From Ruditapes philippinarum (lineage: Eukaryota), in the NCBI RefSeq assembly GCF_026571515.1, contig NW_026859735.1, forward strand, positions 62,001 through 126,000: a stretch of 64,000 nt of DNA, written 5' to 3'. The first letter of the stretch is position 1. Each line of letters begins with the position of its first letter. Both the position numbers and the translations under genes were made by a program. Below are positions 63,307 to 64,000 of this stretch, piece after piece. The notes below the pieces were generated by a model. The model was not told where the DNA came from. It saw nothing but the letters and a program-made list of their open reading frames with translations, and ran no database searches.

Positions 63307-64000
63307 ATTTAGCACCTTAAACTCACTTTTTAAAGATGAAAATTACCATTTTTCAAAATTGACGAGTGTTTTGCAGTATATATACAATAGTTTTCCGACG
63401 AACTCCGTGACATTTATCACAAGAACTCATTGACAAGTTATCATAGGAACTCCATCCCTCGTGTAACACTTCCTTCCCCTTGATTCAGGCCTATTTAAAT
63501 ACATGTTACAGACTAATTAATAAAATATGCACCATCTAAACAAAACACCAAGCATACAACTTCACAGTTAAGACATATGGTCAAAGCAAATGTATTTAAA
63601 TGGTTAAGAAACAACAAATAAGTATACAGTTCTGTTACGAAGCCAAATTTCCAACAACAACAAAAAAAATATATTAAAGGAAAGCCAGCTGCATAACCAT
63701 AGAGCTTTAAATTACATAATATTCTTCTTTAATAAATGTTCTTTTATAACACAACAAAATTGAGGGGAAACAGTTTGTCGCTATTTAGCACCTTAAACTC
63801 ATTTTTTAAAGATGAAAATTACCATTTTTCAAAATTGACGAGTGTTTTTGCAGTATATACAATAGCTAGTTTTCCGACGAACTCCGTGACATTTATCACA
63901 AGAACTCCTTGACAAGTTATCATAGGAACTCCATCCCTCGTGTAACACTTCCTCCCCAGTGATCCAGGCCTATTTAAATACATGTTACAGACTAATTAAT
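63307..64000. repeat. Direct repeat of >=215 bp with 476-bp spacing, running off the window end
   Basis: 63307-63521 closely matches 63783-64000. Both contain short gaactcc sub-repeats also seen at 63029 and 63060. Confidence 0.85.

Overview
AT-rich, intron-rich animal genomic DNA. The repeat content (tRNA-derived SINEs with a MESC/Meta-like core, pearl/HINE-type tandem-core elements) points to a bivalve mollusc. It is not prokaryotic, and most ORF-track entries are spurious or exon fragments. Three spliced genes were rebuilt by hand from GT-AG sites and reading phase. (1) + strand, 315-14503: the 3' 14 exons of a probably secreted protein in which five ShKT domains alternate with Gly/Thr/Met (GTMTGG) linkers, ending in a 10-Cys VWC domain; its 5' end lies outside the window. 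(2) - strand, 25965-32441: a complete TDP-43/TARDBP orthologue (4 coding exons, 416 aa). It keeps the vertebrate-type conserved helix in its low-complexity tail and has splice signals that could produce a short isoform lacking that tail. (3) - strand, 38544-58191: an NCOA5/Neosin-like RS+RRM protein (9 core exons plus a 36-nt microexon) with a 1-nt frameshift that is probably an assembly error. Introns and intergenic DNA hold a 1.9-kb foldback element, a 32-bp minisatellite with higher-order structure, a decayed mariner, MITEs with 2-, 5- and 6-bp target duplications, SINEs, nested or chimeric HINE-like elements and a possible cryptic spliced gene remnant near 36-37 kb. All coordinates were read by eye; no searches were run.
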